DNA of 64,000 nucleotides from Macrostomum lignano (Eukaryota): NCBI GenBank assembly GCA_002269645.1, contig NIVC01000486.1, positions 372,001 to 436,000 of the forward strand, read 5' to 3'. Shown piece by piece: positions 21,409 to 32,799 of this stretch (position 1 is its first letter; each line of letters starts with the position of its first letter). The notes under the pieces were generated by a model. It saw only the letters and a program-made list of their open reading frames with translations, ran no database searches and was not told where the DNA came from. The position numbers and the translations under genes were made by a program.

Positions 21409-23107
21409 CACTAGATGGGTCACTTAATACAAATTCGCTCGATGTCTGAATAGCCTACTTTCTTCTGGGCATATGAACGCGCAAGACTATCGATTTTTTG
21501 TTCTCCCACGTCAGTGCTATGGTTTAAGCCATAGACAAAAGTTTCAAGCATCGAAATCAAGCTTACTAGTAGGGGTTCAGCATGGCTTTCCTATTAGATA
21601 TCAGAGCGAAAGCAAGGAGTATATATATTTTGACTTTTCTCCTTTGCTAGAGCGCAAATTCGTTTTCATTTAAGCAAGTAAAAACAATTGTCTAAATGGC
21701 TGCCGGAGGAAGAACGCATGAAGACCGAGTGCTGGCAAATATCGAAGAGTTGAAATACACAAGCGAAGATTGCTGTGCGGCGACTTGTACCAGCACTAGT
21801 ACCTCTGTAAACGAAGATGGCATCCCGATTCGCATGCATCAGTTTCCGAAGAATCAGTCCATAGCATTGAAGTGGCAATCAATGCTGGAGTTACGAGCCA
21901 TTTCACTCGAGAAGCTGTGGAAAATGAAGTGGAAGGTATGCAGCTTGCATTTTACAGACGAGGCATACAATTGCCCAAGACTACACCATGACCGAAGTAC
22001 AAGGCTACGGTGGGATGCTGTTCCTGACAGAGAGCTGGTGTTGCCACGACTAATCAGGGAGAAGCCACTAGAAATAATTCGGAGTGACGATGCGGCTGAT
22101 AATACGTACCCACCCGTTCTGTCGCGCTTTGACGTCGAAGACGCAGTTCCAGAAGCAGATCAGATTCCTTCAATGGCAGGTGATTTAGCTAGCGCTGCTC
22201 CACGAGAACCAACTGCGTCTTGCTCTGCATCATTTCTACGACTGCATGCATCGTCCAGCAAAGTAGCTAGAAACCTACGACGAAAGCTGTGTCGGCAGGA
22301 GAAGACGATCGATAAGCTGCGGCGCAAAATCGAAGACTCGCAGGTTGGAAAGTTCAGCAGCAGCAGCAGCAGCGCCCTCCACCGTCTAGTGCAGAGCTCT
22401 ATGAAGCAAACAAAGTCTCGCCACCGTGGCATGCGTTGGGCTGTCAAAGACATCTGCTCTGCTATTCAAGTGCATCACAAAAGTCCTGCCGCGTACCGAC
22501 TTCTGCGAGATCAGTGGAAGATGCCATTTCCATCAGAGACGTCAATTAAGCGGCGCATCAGATTGTTTTTTCAGGAAGAAGGCGTTTGTGAAGTTACCAT
22601 GAAGCTGATGAGAAAAAAGTTGCAAGACTGCACAGAGAAAGAGCGAGTGGCCACTCTTTGCTTTGATGGAATGAGCTTGTCGGGATAGCTAGCTTAAACT
22701 ATAAAGTAAAATTTTGTTTTCATAATGCTTTTGTCTTGCCCAAATGCTTTATATGTACGAGTATAATATTTACTTTTGTGAAATCTTCTTTCAATCTGTG
22801 TATACATGATAAGTTGATACGACCCTGTGCATCAAAATATATATACATGTAAGTGCAATGCGCATGCCTCTATTATAACAAGTTTAAACCAAGCCCACAT
22901 TTTTGTTAATTTTTTTTCATTTTCCGTCGGTAATAAACTTCAATGATTGAAAAATGAGGGTCTGAAATGTCAAAACTTTTTGTCTACATCATAATCTAAA
23001 TATAGTATTAAAATTTTACTTGGTGCACAAAAATATCCAAAAAACTCTATACAGACGCCCAATTGAAAGTAGCTTATTCATGAAATAGGCGAGTGACCCA
23101 TCTAGTG
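21409..23107 (+). mobile_element. Internally deleted THAP/P-element-type DNA transposon
   Basis: 16-bp perfect TIRs CACTAGATGGGTCACT / AGTGACCCATCTAGTG flanked by AAAA and TTTTT. No TSD is visible. Confidence 0.8.
21696..22688 (+). CDS. Truncated THAP-domain P-element-like transposase
   Basis: THAP C2CH (CCAATC..FPKN..W..VCSLHF..AVP), coiled coil, SPAAYRLLR..PFPSETSI helix motif. It ends at the first catalytic strand TLCFDGMSLS. Confidence 0.85.
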   Translation: MAAGGRTHEDRVLANIEELKYTSEDCCAATCTSTSTSVNEDGIPIRMHQFPKNQSIALKWQSMLELRAISLEKLWKMKWKVCSLHFTDEAYNCPRLHHDRSTRLRWDAVPDRELVLPRLIREKPLEIIRSDDAADNTYPPVLSRFDVEDAVPEADQIPSMAGDLASAAPREPTASCSASFLRLHASSSKVARNLRRKLCRQEKTIDKLRRKIEDSQVGKFSSSSSSALHRLVQSSMKQTKSRHRGMRWAVKDICSAIQVHHKSPAAYRLLRDQWKMPFPSETSIKRRIRLFFQEEGVCEVTMKLMRKKLQDCTEKERVATLCFDGMSLSG

Positions 23108-23149
23108 TTTTTATTATCTATGGTGTTAGTGGACACCTGTTATGCTCTG

Positions 23150-23365
23150 ATTCTGTAAGGGATAATATGGATGGATTTTAATGGGATTATGGAGGAGGTT
23201 TTGTGAGTGAGTGCGGCCCCCCTTTTTTTCTGGTTCTGTCAGGGATAATATCGATGGATTTAGGTGGATTATGGAGGATGTTTTGTGAGCAAGTGCGACA
23301 CCCCTTTTTTTCTGATTCTGTCAGGGTTAATATGGATGGATTTAGGTGGATTATGGAGGACGTGA
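23150..23365 (+). repeat. ~82-bp tandem repeat, about 3 copies
   Basis: Recurring CTGATTCTGTCAGGG.TAATAT.GATGGATTT.GGTGGATTATGGAGGA. Confidence 0.75.
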
Positions 23366-24282
23366 AAAATTTTGTCCCAGAAGCCCCCTCATGCATTCTA
23401 CTCTTGCCTCTGAACTACCGGGAGTCTTGCCCAAGCACATTAACGGGAATAGGAATTAAGGGAACTAATGTAACCAACCTTTTGTACGATTGAGCCTCTT
23501 TTTTTAATATCAATTTTATCAACCAGTTAACTATAAAATTCATTGGTGCCCTGACTCGCTTCTTTAAATCTAACTACTAGAATTAGGAACAGCAGGAACC
23601 TGGTGGCAGCGAACTACCAAATCTCGAATCAGTAGGAAGTAAAATCCACTAAGAAATCCTTATGTCGAGAAAATAAGACTAAAAACTAGAAGTTTAACTA
23701 GATGTTGAATACTGTTGAAAATTGAGTACTAAGATAAGCCAGTAAGTGGGCGCAGGGCCCAAACAAGTATTATACCAGACATTAACTTAGGGGGTTTGAA
23801 TTGCAGATAATAAAGAGAGGGATGGAGTGCGCGACTAAATAGAGAGGCGAGAATGGAGAACCAATCAGAAGGCAGCAAGGGAGAGAGAGATAAGAATAAC
23901 AAGATTGAGCTAGACACAGAGAGAGAAAACAGTAAACAGAGACAAGTGAAGGTGAACTAAAGAAATGACCAGGAAAGTCGCGACACCTTAGTATAAAACC
24001 AGTAGCTTAACCGCGAGGTACACGCCCGATCCCATGACCAACTTCACAAGCAATCAAAACAATCAAAACAAGCAAGCAAACAAGAAAATAATTGGACTGG
24101 TTTGTGCGGCGAAAGTGCACAAACCGGCTTTAGTGCCCAGCGCGTTGATTGTACATCGCCGCCTGCCCCCCCCCCTTGGGTGGCAGGGGTGTTTTTAAAC
24201 CCCCGTCGCGCTCTACTGGCGGCTCACTTGGCCTTTTCGCAGTGAATTTTTTTGACTTAGAAATAGAAACTTTTGCTGAGTC

Positions 24283-25344
24283 ATGAACCGCACCCGTAGC
24301 CAGTCAGCCGATTCCGTCCCCACAACTGTGCCAGCACTGCGAGGGAAACTAAAGGAGCTTGGTTTGCCAACCTCTGGCAACAAAGCAAAACTAGTCCAAA
24401 GGCTTCGCGCCCATATTCAAGACGTGGAGACCTCTGTCGAGAGTGACGAGCTGACGAACGTTCAGGCCATTCTGCGAGCTACAGGGCAGAACTCGGCGGT
24501 AGCGAGCAGCGGGGGCAGCCCCCCAAATCGGCGACAGGTCGAGAACGGTGGGTCTGGCGCGGCTGGCGGCCTGGACGAACAGCTGCTGGAGGCGGAGAAG
24601 TGAATCCGTCTGCTGAAGCTGCGCAAAGAAGAAGCGCAGCTGGAATCCGAGTTCGCGCAGCTACGGGTCGGCCGTTCTGAGGCACGTGATGTACCGGGTG
24701 AGTTGCTAAATTGCCTAACTGGATGTGTGCAGCATGAAGTTGGGCAGCAGCATGAGAACATGGGAGCCTCAGGGAGAAGTACCAGTAGCGTCTACCGAAT
24801 CGTTGACTTCGTCAGCAAGCGCAAGCAGTGTCTTCTAGGCCAGAGTAAGTCTAAAGAAGTGGCGGTCGAGGCGCTGTCGTTAGGCGATTGGGTGACGGGC
24901 AATGCGCAGGCGATGCTTCAGATGCTGACTGACGGGCGTCTAGTCAGACTGGATCAGCATGGTCGATTGGATGTGGCAGAGCTCAGAGACTATCTCAGGT
25001 ACACCGCACGCATTGGCGAGTTGTTGGACCTGGGCTTCGACAAGAGCCGTGTGATGAGATTTGATGACGAGTGCCGGCTCAGCCAAACGTCTGATGGCAA
25101 GTGGGAGTCGCACAGCTCGGACCTGAGTCTGGTTGCGGCGTACCTCATGGCTCCCCAGGAGCAGCAATCGGGGGGTGGTGCCCAGAAGCGCAATCAACTG
25201 GTTTGCTTCGACTACAACAGGATACGCGGGTGCGAACGCAAGAGCTGTCGGTTCCTGCATCGCTGCCGAAGATGCGGCCTGGCGCACTCTGAGGCAGCCT
25301 TCCACCGCGACGAATCGAGCGGTGAGGAGAAACCGCAACACTGA
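24283..25344 (+). pseudogene. Ngaro gag-like ORF1 (SAP domain + CCCH Zn finger), in-frame TGA at 24601
   Basis: SAP motif TVPALRGKLKELGLPTSGNKAKLVQRL and C-terminal CFDYN..GCERKSCRFLHRCRRC. ORFs 24283 and 24703 are in the same frame. Confidence 0.8.
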
Positions 25345-25416
25345 CTCGATCATAGCGCGAATTTTATTCCTCCTGTTTTATCCTCTGATCTCAATCTGGC
25401 CCAGTGGCAGGCGGAG

Positions 25417-27157
25417 TTGTCCAAGCTGGATCTCCCGCCCGGTCGGATGGCTTTTATCCTTGATGGCGTTGCTAGTGGCTTTCGCATCACCAATCGTCAG
25501 ATGCATGGCAACGAGCTGGTTGAAGTGGCAAACTACTCATCGGTTTTTAAGCACCATGACAGAGTTGCGCGTCAGATTGCTAATGAGCTTCGTCTCGGTC
25601 GTTATCGTCTCTGTGCTGCTGGTGACAAACCTCGCATAGTCAGCGCCCTTGGTGCGCTGCCGAAGTCCAACGGTGGCGTTCGCTTAATCCATGACTGCAG
25701 CCGGCCGCAAGGGAAGTCTGTCAACTCCGCTTACGAGAGCGAGCAGAGACTGCGCTTCACCTGTGTCCAGAACTTTGCTAAGAGGCTTAAGAAGAATTAC
25801 TTTATGTGCAAGGTCGATCTAAGCGAAGCCTATCGTTCATGTGGGATCCATCCTGACGACCAAAAGTTTGAAGTTTCGGCTAGGTAGCGATGCTTGCGAC
25901 ACCTACATGGTGGACACGCGCCTGCCATTTGGTGCTGCTGCTTCCGTCACGGCTTTCTATCATCTCAGCGAGGCGGTCAAGTTGATGATGGTGCACCGCG
26001 GCTTCGTCAATACTGAGGCCTATCTGGACGATTTTGCCTTTTGCGGTTTGCAAAACGAGTGCGAGGCCTTCTTTAATGTGTTGACGTCGCTGATGACCAG
26101 ACTGGGCTTCACCGTGAATTGGACGAAGTGTCAGCGGCCTTCGCAAAGGATGACGTTTCTCGGTGTGGAGCTCGACACCGTCAAGGGCCTGAAGCGGCTT
26201 TCAGACGAGAAAGTGGAGAAACTTTTAGAGCAACTGGACGATGCTGCTGCCAAGGATCGCATCAGCAAGCAAAGTTTACAGCAGATCATCGGCAGGCTGG
26301 TGTGGGCTTCGCAGGTGATCGAATGCGGTCGCCCCTTTCTTCAGGACCTGATTTCGCGCTCTAACAATTTGGCCGTCGGTCAGCAAGATGAGATGGATGC
26401 GGCCCTGCGTAGTCAGCTGCGCTGGTGGAAGTGTGCTCTGCTAGCTCAAAGGTGGAAGACACTCTGGTTCAATGGCGACTTCGATGCCGCGATCGAGTCG
26501 GACGCCTGCCTGGTGGGCGGCGCTGCCGTGCTGCGGTTGCCGGGGGGCGTGAGTGACTGGCGCTACGTTAATTGGGATCTCGACGCGGATGCTGTTTTTC
26601 GGGATCTGCCTATCAATTACAAGGAGGCTGCGATACCTCTGATGGCGTTGCTGTCGTGGCGGGACCGCCTGCACAACTGTCGGCTGTGCATCTACTGCGA
26701 TAATATGGCAGCGTGCTGTATTATCAACAATGGTGTCTCCAAGTGCCCTCTGGTGATGAGGCTGTTGCAGACGGTGGCGCTGCTTTGCATTCGTCAGAAC
26801 ATTCGGCTGCGTGCTTACCATGTGCCAGGGCCGTTTCAAATTTTTGCTGACGCCGCGTCTCGGCTGCACGAGGGCAGTCAGTTGTTGAATTTTTTGCTGC
26901 GCTTTTATGGCTCATTGATGCGTCTCACCAATTGCTCGCTTTCCCGGCACACGCTTTCTGCTGCCACATCCGCTTTTCTCCGTTTTCAGGTCGCCAGACT
27001 GCGCCAGACCACCTCAGCCACCGAGCCCGTGAACTACTCGGTTCCTCCTACGCGGCCCGCTCGAAAAGCGCCATCAGCTCACACGTGCGGTCCTGGCGCG
27101 CGTACTGCTCAGCCAAGGGACTCGACCCCGCCGGGTGTACTGTGTCCACGCTGCTAA
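25417..27157 (+). pseudogene. Ngaro reverse transcriptase/RNase H, frameshift near 25860
   Basis: KVDLSEAYR, RLPFG, YLDD, FLGVELD; RNase H ESDAC, INYKE, CDNMA, HVPG..ADAASR. Confidence 0.9.
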
Positions 27158-27977
27158 ACTACCTGGCTGGCCTCACGGGCACGCGCCTGCGAGCCTACAG
27201 TAGCGTTCGCGGTCACGTCAGCTCGCTTTCACTGTGGTTTCGGCTGAACGGCGCTCAGGACCTGACGAAGCACACCCTCACCCAGCATCTGCTGCGGGGC
27301 TGCAAGCGAGCGCTGGGGCTTCAGGTCAACCAGAAGCTACCAATGTCTCCGTCGGTGCTGCAAAAGCTTTGGTCTCTGGTTGACAAGGGCGACAATCGGC
27401 AACTGGCCTGCTGGGCGGTCACCATCACTGCCTGGTGGGGATGCTGCGAAAATCATCACTCCTTCTATCGTCGCCTCAGTTGGGTAGTGGGATGAAGGTG
27501 CAGAATCTGACACCTCACCGTTGCGGCCTCCTCTTAAGCGTGGACTTTGGCAAGACTATTCAGTTCCGTGATCGAGTCCACCACGTCCTGCTTCCGAAGT
27601 TCCCCGCCTGCCCTGCGCTCTGCCCGGTAGTGGCGATTCGCCGACATCTGTGTGTCAACAAGCTGGCGATGGCCGAGGCGCCACTCTGGTCCTTCATCGA
27701 TCGCAATGGACAGCGGCGCCATCTGGCTGCTCGGGACTTGGACCGGTTTCTTGACTCTAAGCTGCAGAGGGCTGGGTGTGGCGGCAAGCTCTACTCGGCT
27801 CACAGCCTGCGTCGAGGTGGAGCCACCTGGGCAGCTCGCATGGGCCTGCCGGTGGCGGAGATCCAGCGGATCGGCGACTGGAAGAGTTCGGCGGTGGAGC
27901 GCTACTTGCCCCGCTCGGGTGTTGCCACTGCTGCGGCCTCTCTGCATTTTTCGTCCGCCCTTAGTGCTCATTTTTGA
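26932..27977 (+). pseudogene. Ngaro tyrosine recombinase, frameshift near 27437
   Basis: Catalytic set LRKS, GKTIQF, CPV, HSLRRGGAT, GDWKS, ERY. Confidence 0.9.
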
Positions 27978-28469
27978 CGGTGGTCTTCCCGCTGATTTGT
28001 TTTTTGCTCAATGCCTAGCTGCTGCTCTTATCCCCCGTTGTGTTTGGCTTTGGAGGCCTGCTTCGTTTCTGTGCCAAGTTCGTGTTTTAATTGCCTTTGT
28101 TGCTGGAAGCACTAATGGACTGGTTTGTGCGGCGAAAGTGCACAAACCGGCTTTAGTGCCCAGCGCGTTGATTGTACATCGCCGCCTGCCCCCCCCCTTG
28201 GGTGGCAGGGGTGTTTTTAAACCCCCGTCGCGCTCTACTGGCGGCTCACTTGGCCTTCTCGCAGTGAATTTTTTTTCTTTTTCGTGTTAAGTTTGCTTTA
28301 AGCCAAATATACTCGTAGATTGAAGTTCGAAACACTTTTTTATTGACGGAGGCCTGCTTCGTTTCTGTGCCAAGTTCGTGTTTTAATTGCCTTTGTTGCT
28401 GGAAGCACTAATCGGCAGGTTAAAACCTTGCAATTGTGATTTCGAATTTCCAGGAAGCAGACATCAAAA

Positions 28470-28755
28470 TTGCGCAAGCAAACTTCGGCAAGCAAAATTC
28501 CTGCAAGCAAACTTCGGCAAGCAAAGTTCCTGCAAGCAAAGTTCCTGCAAGCAAACTTCGGCAAGCAAAATTCCTGCAAGCAAACTTCGGCAAGCAAAGT
28601 TCCTGAAAGCAAATTTCCTGCAAGCAAAGTTCCTGCAAGCAAAGTTCGGCAAGCAAAATTCCTGCAAGCAAAGTTCGGCAAGCAAAATTCCTGCAAGCAA
28701 AGTTCGGCAAGCAAAGTTCCTGCAAGCAAAGTTCGGCAAGCAAACTTCCCGCAAG
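28470..28755 (+). repeat. 14-15-bp minisatellite (GCAAGCAAAGTTCCT / GCAAGCAAACTTCG)
   Basis: About 20 tandem units. Confidence 0.9.
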
Positions 28756-29064
28756 AAAACGTCGTACTCCCCATATGGACGATCTGTTGAGGAAGCAAAA
28801 GCTAATCCTGAATGACAGCTACGGCTGGGTGTTAATACGAGCTAGGTTTGATTGGTTTGATATTGAGAAGAGCAAAGCAATTTTCTCAGGTTCAATATAT
28901 AAATATATATAGTAATAATAATAGGATAAAGTTATTTAAGTATCAATAAAAATAAGTCTACAGTAGGATTTAGAAGTTATAAGCAAGCTAATACAGATAC
29001 TCTTGGCATCCGTGCTCACAATAACAGAGGATGATCAGTCAGTAGAGCCAGGTTTTCACGAAGT

Positions 29065-29940
29065 CTATAGATTATCAAATCGCTTCCTAAGCTTTTCCAT
29101 TTCTTGCTTTAGCATGCCGTCCTCGATGTTCTTGGCCCTTCGGTCAGCATTTTCTAGCATAGTTATTAGTTTTGCCGTGGCTTGAACACCGGCTCGAATT
29201 TTATCACCAATTTTGGATAAATTCTTGACCACTCCGTCCAAGGCAGTCTTGAGTTGATTAAAGCTCTCTTTGAGTTTTTTCATATTATTCGCGTTGATTC
29301 CAGTCGCTACTCCACCAGCAACAGCGCCGGCTCCGCAGACGGCTGCGCCAATCAGAAGCGGTGGAAAGAAGATCCCGGCAATGCCCAGGCCAACAGCGGC
29401 TCCGCCGGCTGCGCCGCTACCGACCCCACCACCGACACTGATCGTCCTTTCCTTACCGTCCGCCTTTTCTGCCTCTATGCCGCAGTGAGTGCGCAAATCC
29501 TTCAGGGCGTTCTCGGCTTCAACTACGCTTTCCTTCAGGCCAAAGAAGAGTGAGTAGAGAGAGTCAGCGGACGACCTTAGATCCTGCAGCTTCCGGATCA
29601 AAGTCTTAATGTCATCAAGAGTGACGTCACTATCGGAGCTGTAGAAATCCATAACTTCCTTGCTCTGAACCTGAACTGGCTGGCACTTTTCAATCACTTT
29701 GTCACATCTGTTTGAAACTTCTTGCATCGACTTTGTAAAGTCCTCCAGGTAGCTTTTCACAGTAGAGTCATTCGCCTCCTTATTGACTGGGGCCAGTTCA
29801 GTAACCTTTTTCTCAGCCTCATCCTTCACTTTATCAGCGGTTTCATGCAGAACCTTGACAGTCTTGTTCAGTGTCTCAGAAATTCTGGCGGATTCTTGAA
29901 GAGCCGTCATCAATCGAATGCCATCAGCGAAGTTCGCCAT
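29065..29940 (-). CDS. 291-aa coiled-coil protein with a Gly-rich hydrophobic hairpin (candidate alpha-helical pore-forming / ApoL-like protein)
   Basis: Uninterrupted ORF. Long amphipathic helices flank ISVGGGVGSGAAGGAAVGLGIAGIFFPPLLIGAAVCGAGAVAGGVATGI. Confidence 0.7.
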   Translation of the reverse strand: MANFADGIRLMTALQESARISETLNKTVKVLHETADKVKDEAEKKVTELAPVNKEANDSTVKSYLEDFTKSMQEVSNRCDKVIEKCQPVQVQSKEVMDFYSSDSDVTLDDIKTLIRKLQDLRSSADSLYSLFFGLKESVVEAENALKDLRTHCGIEAEKADGKERTISVGGGVGSGAAGGAAVGLGIAGIFFPPLLIGAAVCGAGAVAGGVATGINANNMKKLKESFNQLKTALDGVVKNLSKIGDKIRAGVQATAKLITMLENADRRAKNIEDGMLKQEMEKLRKRFDNL

Positions 29941-31058
29941 CAGAGAAGCGAAATAATTAAGCTGGACTTACTTTCCTTGTCTGGTTAAAATGGTTGCTAG
30001 CGATTTCGACGTGTGACCAACGTATGTGAGATTGAAACCGTCCTTATCTGAATAGACTTCAGTGAAATTGAATCGGCTCGAACTCTGGGCAGGCTGCTTT
30101 AATAATGTAATGGGGAGGGTGGGCCGTCGTAAACAAGCACATTCTTTTCGTTTTCTTAAATAGGAAACCCGTCATCCATAGGCAGATTTCGTGGCACAGA
30201 AAGTTCCACATAGAAGCATGCAATAAATTTCTTTTGTCACAATTGAGCTGCCTCATCCAGTCCCGAAGCTCCAGAGGCTAAGTTAGCTAACTTAGTTATT
30301 AATGCGAATTCTTGTTTAGAAAATTATGAGACTTCAAAAGTTGAGACAGAGCTGAGAGACAAGTAGGTATCTTCACTTGAAAGCAGCGTTTTTGTGTGTA
30401 ACAGTCGGAATACTAACCTAAGTAGAGGTTGATAATAAAGCACTGCTCAGTGCACAAAGTGGAACTTCATTTTTGCACTGCTTATGTTAGCTAGAATTTT
30501 GTATCGGAGTCTCAATATTGAGTTATATGCATGTTTTGTTAACAAATTTTTAAATTAACCAAATTCAGGAACTTAGGCTTCATTTTATGAGCCATATATT
30601 TGGGGGCTTTTTGTCGTTATTATTGCTCTAAAATGTGTATCACTGTTCACAGCCATTGAATCAAAAACTAAGAAAAAGACTGATCTATTTGTTAATATTC
30701 TAAAAAATATATAAAATGGGACGTGAAAACCTGAGGCATGATTCACTTTCCAGAAGTACATTGTAGTTTTTAATTTAAGTAACATGGCGGCAATGCGTGC
30801 ACAAACTTAGGATTGCGTGGGTGAGCGCAAAATGTTTCAAGAGAAAGACATTTTATTTAGAGTAGCTACTCAGAGTAAGAGAGAACTTCAGCCTCATTCA
30901 AGCTTTGCAGAAGCAAAACGAATATCACGTTTATTGTCATGATAAAGATACAATTGGCGGCCCCAATGCAGTGAACAGTCAACAGTTGGGGGTGGCTGTT
31001 TCTGCTTAAAAAACGCTCGCACGAGGCGCTCGCAAAACAGCGAGTTGCCCATGCAAAA

Positions 31059-32340
31059 ATGGCTGCTGAAAAAGTCTGCAACTTCACGGCACTTACAGCC
31101 TTTGGCATGAAATTTTGGTGAGTCACTCCTTTCAATAGTGAAATTGCTCCGAAGCTTGAAGGTGAAATAGCTCGTCACAAAAATATTCGTGGCAATATAC
31201 TCGTAAGATTTTACTAACTTTAATAAATTACATTAAACCGTTCCTTCCGATCTGAGCATAGTCGCAATCTATAATTTATTGTCGAAAATCCACAGGGGAA
31301 GGCTGACTGGAAGCACTACTGACTGGCAGGTGAGCCAAGCCAACCAACTGAAGCTGCAGAGTCGCTGGCTCGAGGCGGGAGACGCCTTCTGCAAAGCCGC
31401 CGAGCTGCACCAAAAAAACGGCGGCCGCCAGGCCGTTGAGTTGATTGCAGTACGCCTGGGAGATGCCGCGAACTGCTTCAAGAAGGTGGATCCGCGCTAT
31501 GCAATTCTAGCCATGGAGGCGGTCGCCTCGCTGCGGGCTCAGCAGAACCAGTTCTCTGAAGCCGCTGAAGTTCACGAAAACATCGCCGACTTGGCAAAGA
31601 AGATGGCTATGCAGGACCGGACAGGCGGAAGCTGGCTGATGCTGGGCGGCCAGCTCGATGAGCAAAGGAGACGAAGGCTCCAAGATCTGCACAGGACCGG
31701 CAGTACAACCGAAACTGGAACCCTCAGCTACGTGAAGTCCTGGATTCCAGGCTGGAGCACACCTTCAACGTCGTCACAGCAAGGATCAGCCAGCCAAGCC
31801 TCATCAGCTCATCCACTCCCGATCCCAGCAGCCGAAGCTCCATCAGTGATTAAGCTGGCTGCTCAACACTACCAGCTGGCGGCAGACGGTTTCAGTGGGG
31901 AGAGGCTGACGACAAGGGAGTGCGAGTGCCTGACGAAGAAGGCGGAGCTGCTGACCGAAATCGGCGAGCTGGGGGCGGCGGCCCAGCAGTTCCTGGAGCT
32001 GGCCAGGCAAGCTCAGAGCCACGAACTGCTCGCTTTCAGCGCGGTGAGCCACGTCTTCAAGGCCTGCCTTCTGCGGTTGCAGTCAGCCAGCTGTCATCTG
32101 GGCGAGACCGAGCCAGCCGAGCGGCTACTCGCAGATGCTCAAGCTGCATGCGCCGGCTTCAGCAAATCCGAGGAGGCCGTCTTCGTTCGCGAGCTCGCCG
32201 AGGCGGTGCGGGCCCGCGACGTGGCCGCGCTAGACAACGCCAAGCGGAGGTTCGTGAAGGCCAACAGCGTGGATGACTTCTGCAAGAGCAGGCTGGGCGA
32301 CTTGCGCAGGGCGCTCAGCGGAGAGGTGCAGCTCACTTGA
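31059..32340 (+). CDS. Divergent alpha-SNAP (NSF attachment protein) paralogue; exons 31059-31117 and 31296-32340
   Basis: The splice TG|GTGAGT..CACAG|G gives MKFWGRLTGS. Motifs W.EAGDAFCKAAELH, DAANCFKKVDP, QFSEAAEVHENIA, HYQLAADGFSGE, FKACL, FSKSEE, and a penultimate Leu (VQLT). The start codon is uncertain. Confidence 0.8.
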
Positions 32341-32799
32341 AGTGGCGTCTCTTCTACTCTGATTTCTCTTATGAGAGAAAAAAACGGAAAAATCACAAAC
32401 TTATAGAATCAATATTTTATCATTAATCAAATCGATGCTTAAGTGTTTAGTTTTTCTTCTGTTTTCACTATATAGCTATGCTTTCTAAAACTGTTATTCT
32501 AAACTTTTTGATCCTGGTTTCTTTTTTATAACTTGCTTCCGATCTCGAAAATTTGCTGAATTTTAATCAAAAAACAGACAAACGACAAGATTTGCAATTT
32601 GTTTAAACGCGACGCAAAGAATCGCGGGCGTGTATTGAAATAATCAATACAACAGGTAAATTTTAAAAAAACAGGTTTAAAAAAGCAACAAATAAATCAA
32701 ATGCAAAAGAGTCGATACGTACACCGGACAACATGAGCAAGCAATGGCAAAATTAAAGACAATGTCACGATGTTAAAAACGCCGTTTAAACAGACGTGA

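Larger units (their letters stand above)
24094..28412 (+). mobile_element. Ngaro/DIRS-group tyrosine-recombinase retrotransposon with split direct repeats (A1..B1-A2-B2)
   Basis: A1 24094-24253 matches A2 28117-28276. B1 28052-28116 matches B2 28348-28412. Gag, RT/RNase H and YR ORFs lie between them. Confidence 0.93.

Noticed and set aside
28340-28815. Cys/Lys-rich ORFs in several frames
   Set aside because: They are translations of the 14-15-bp minisatellite.
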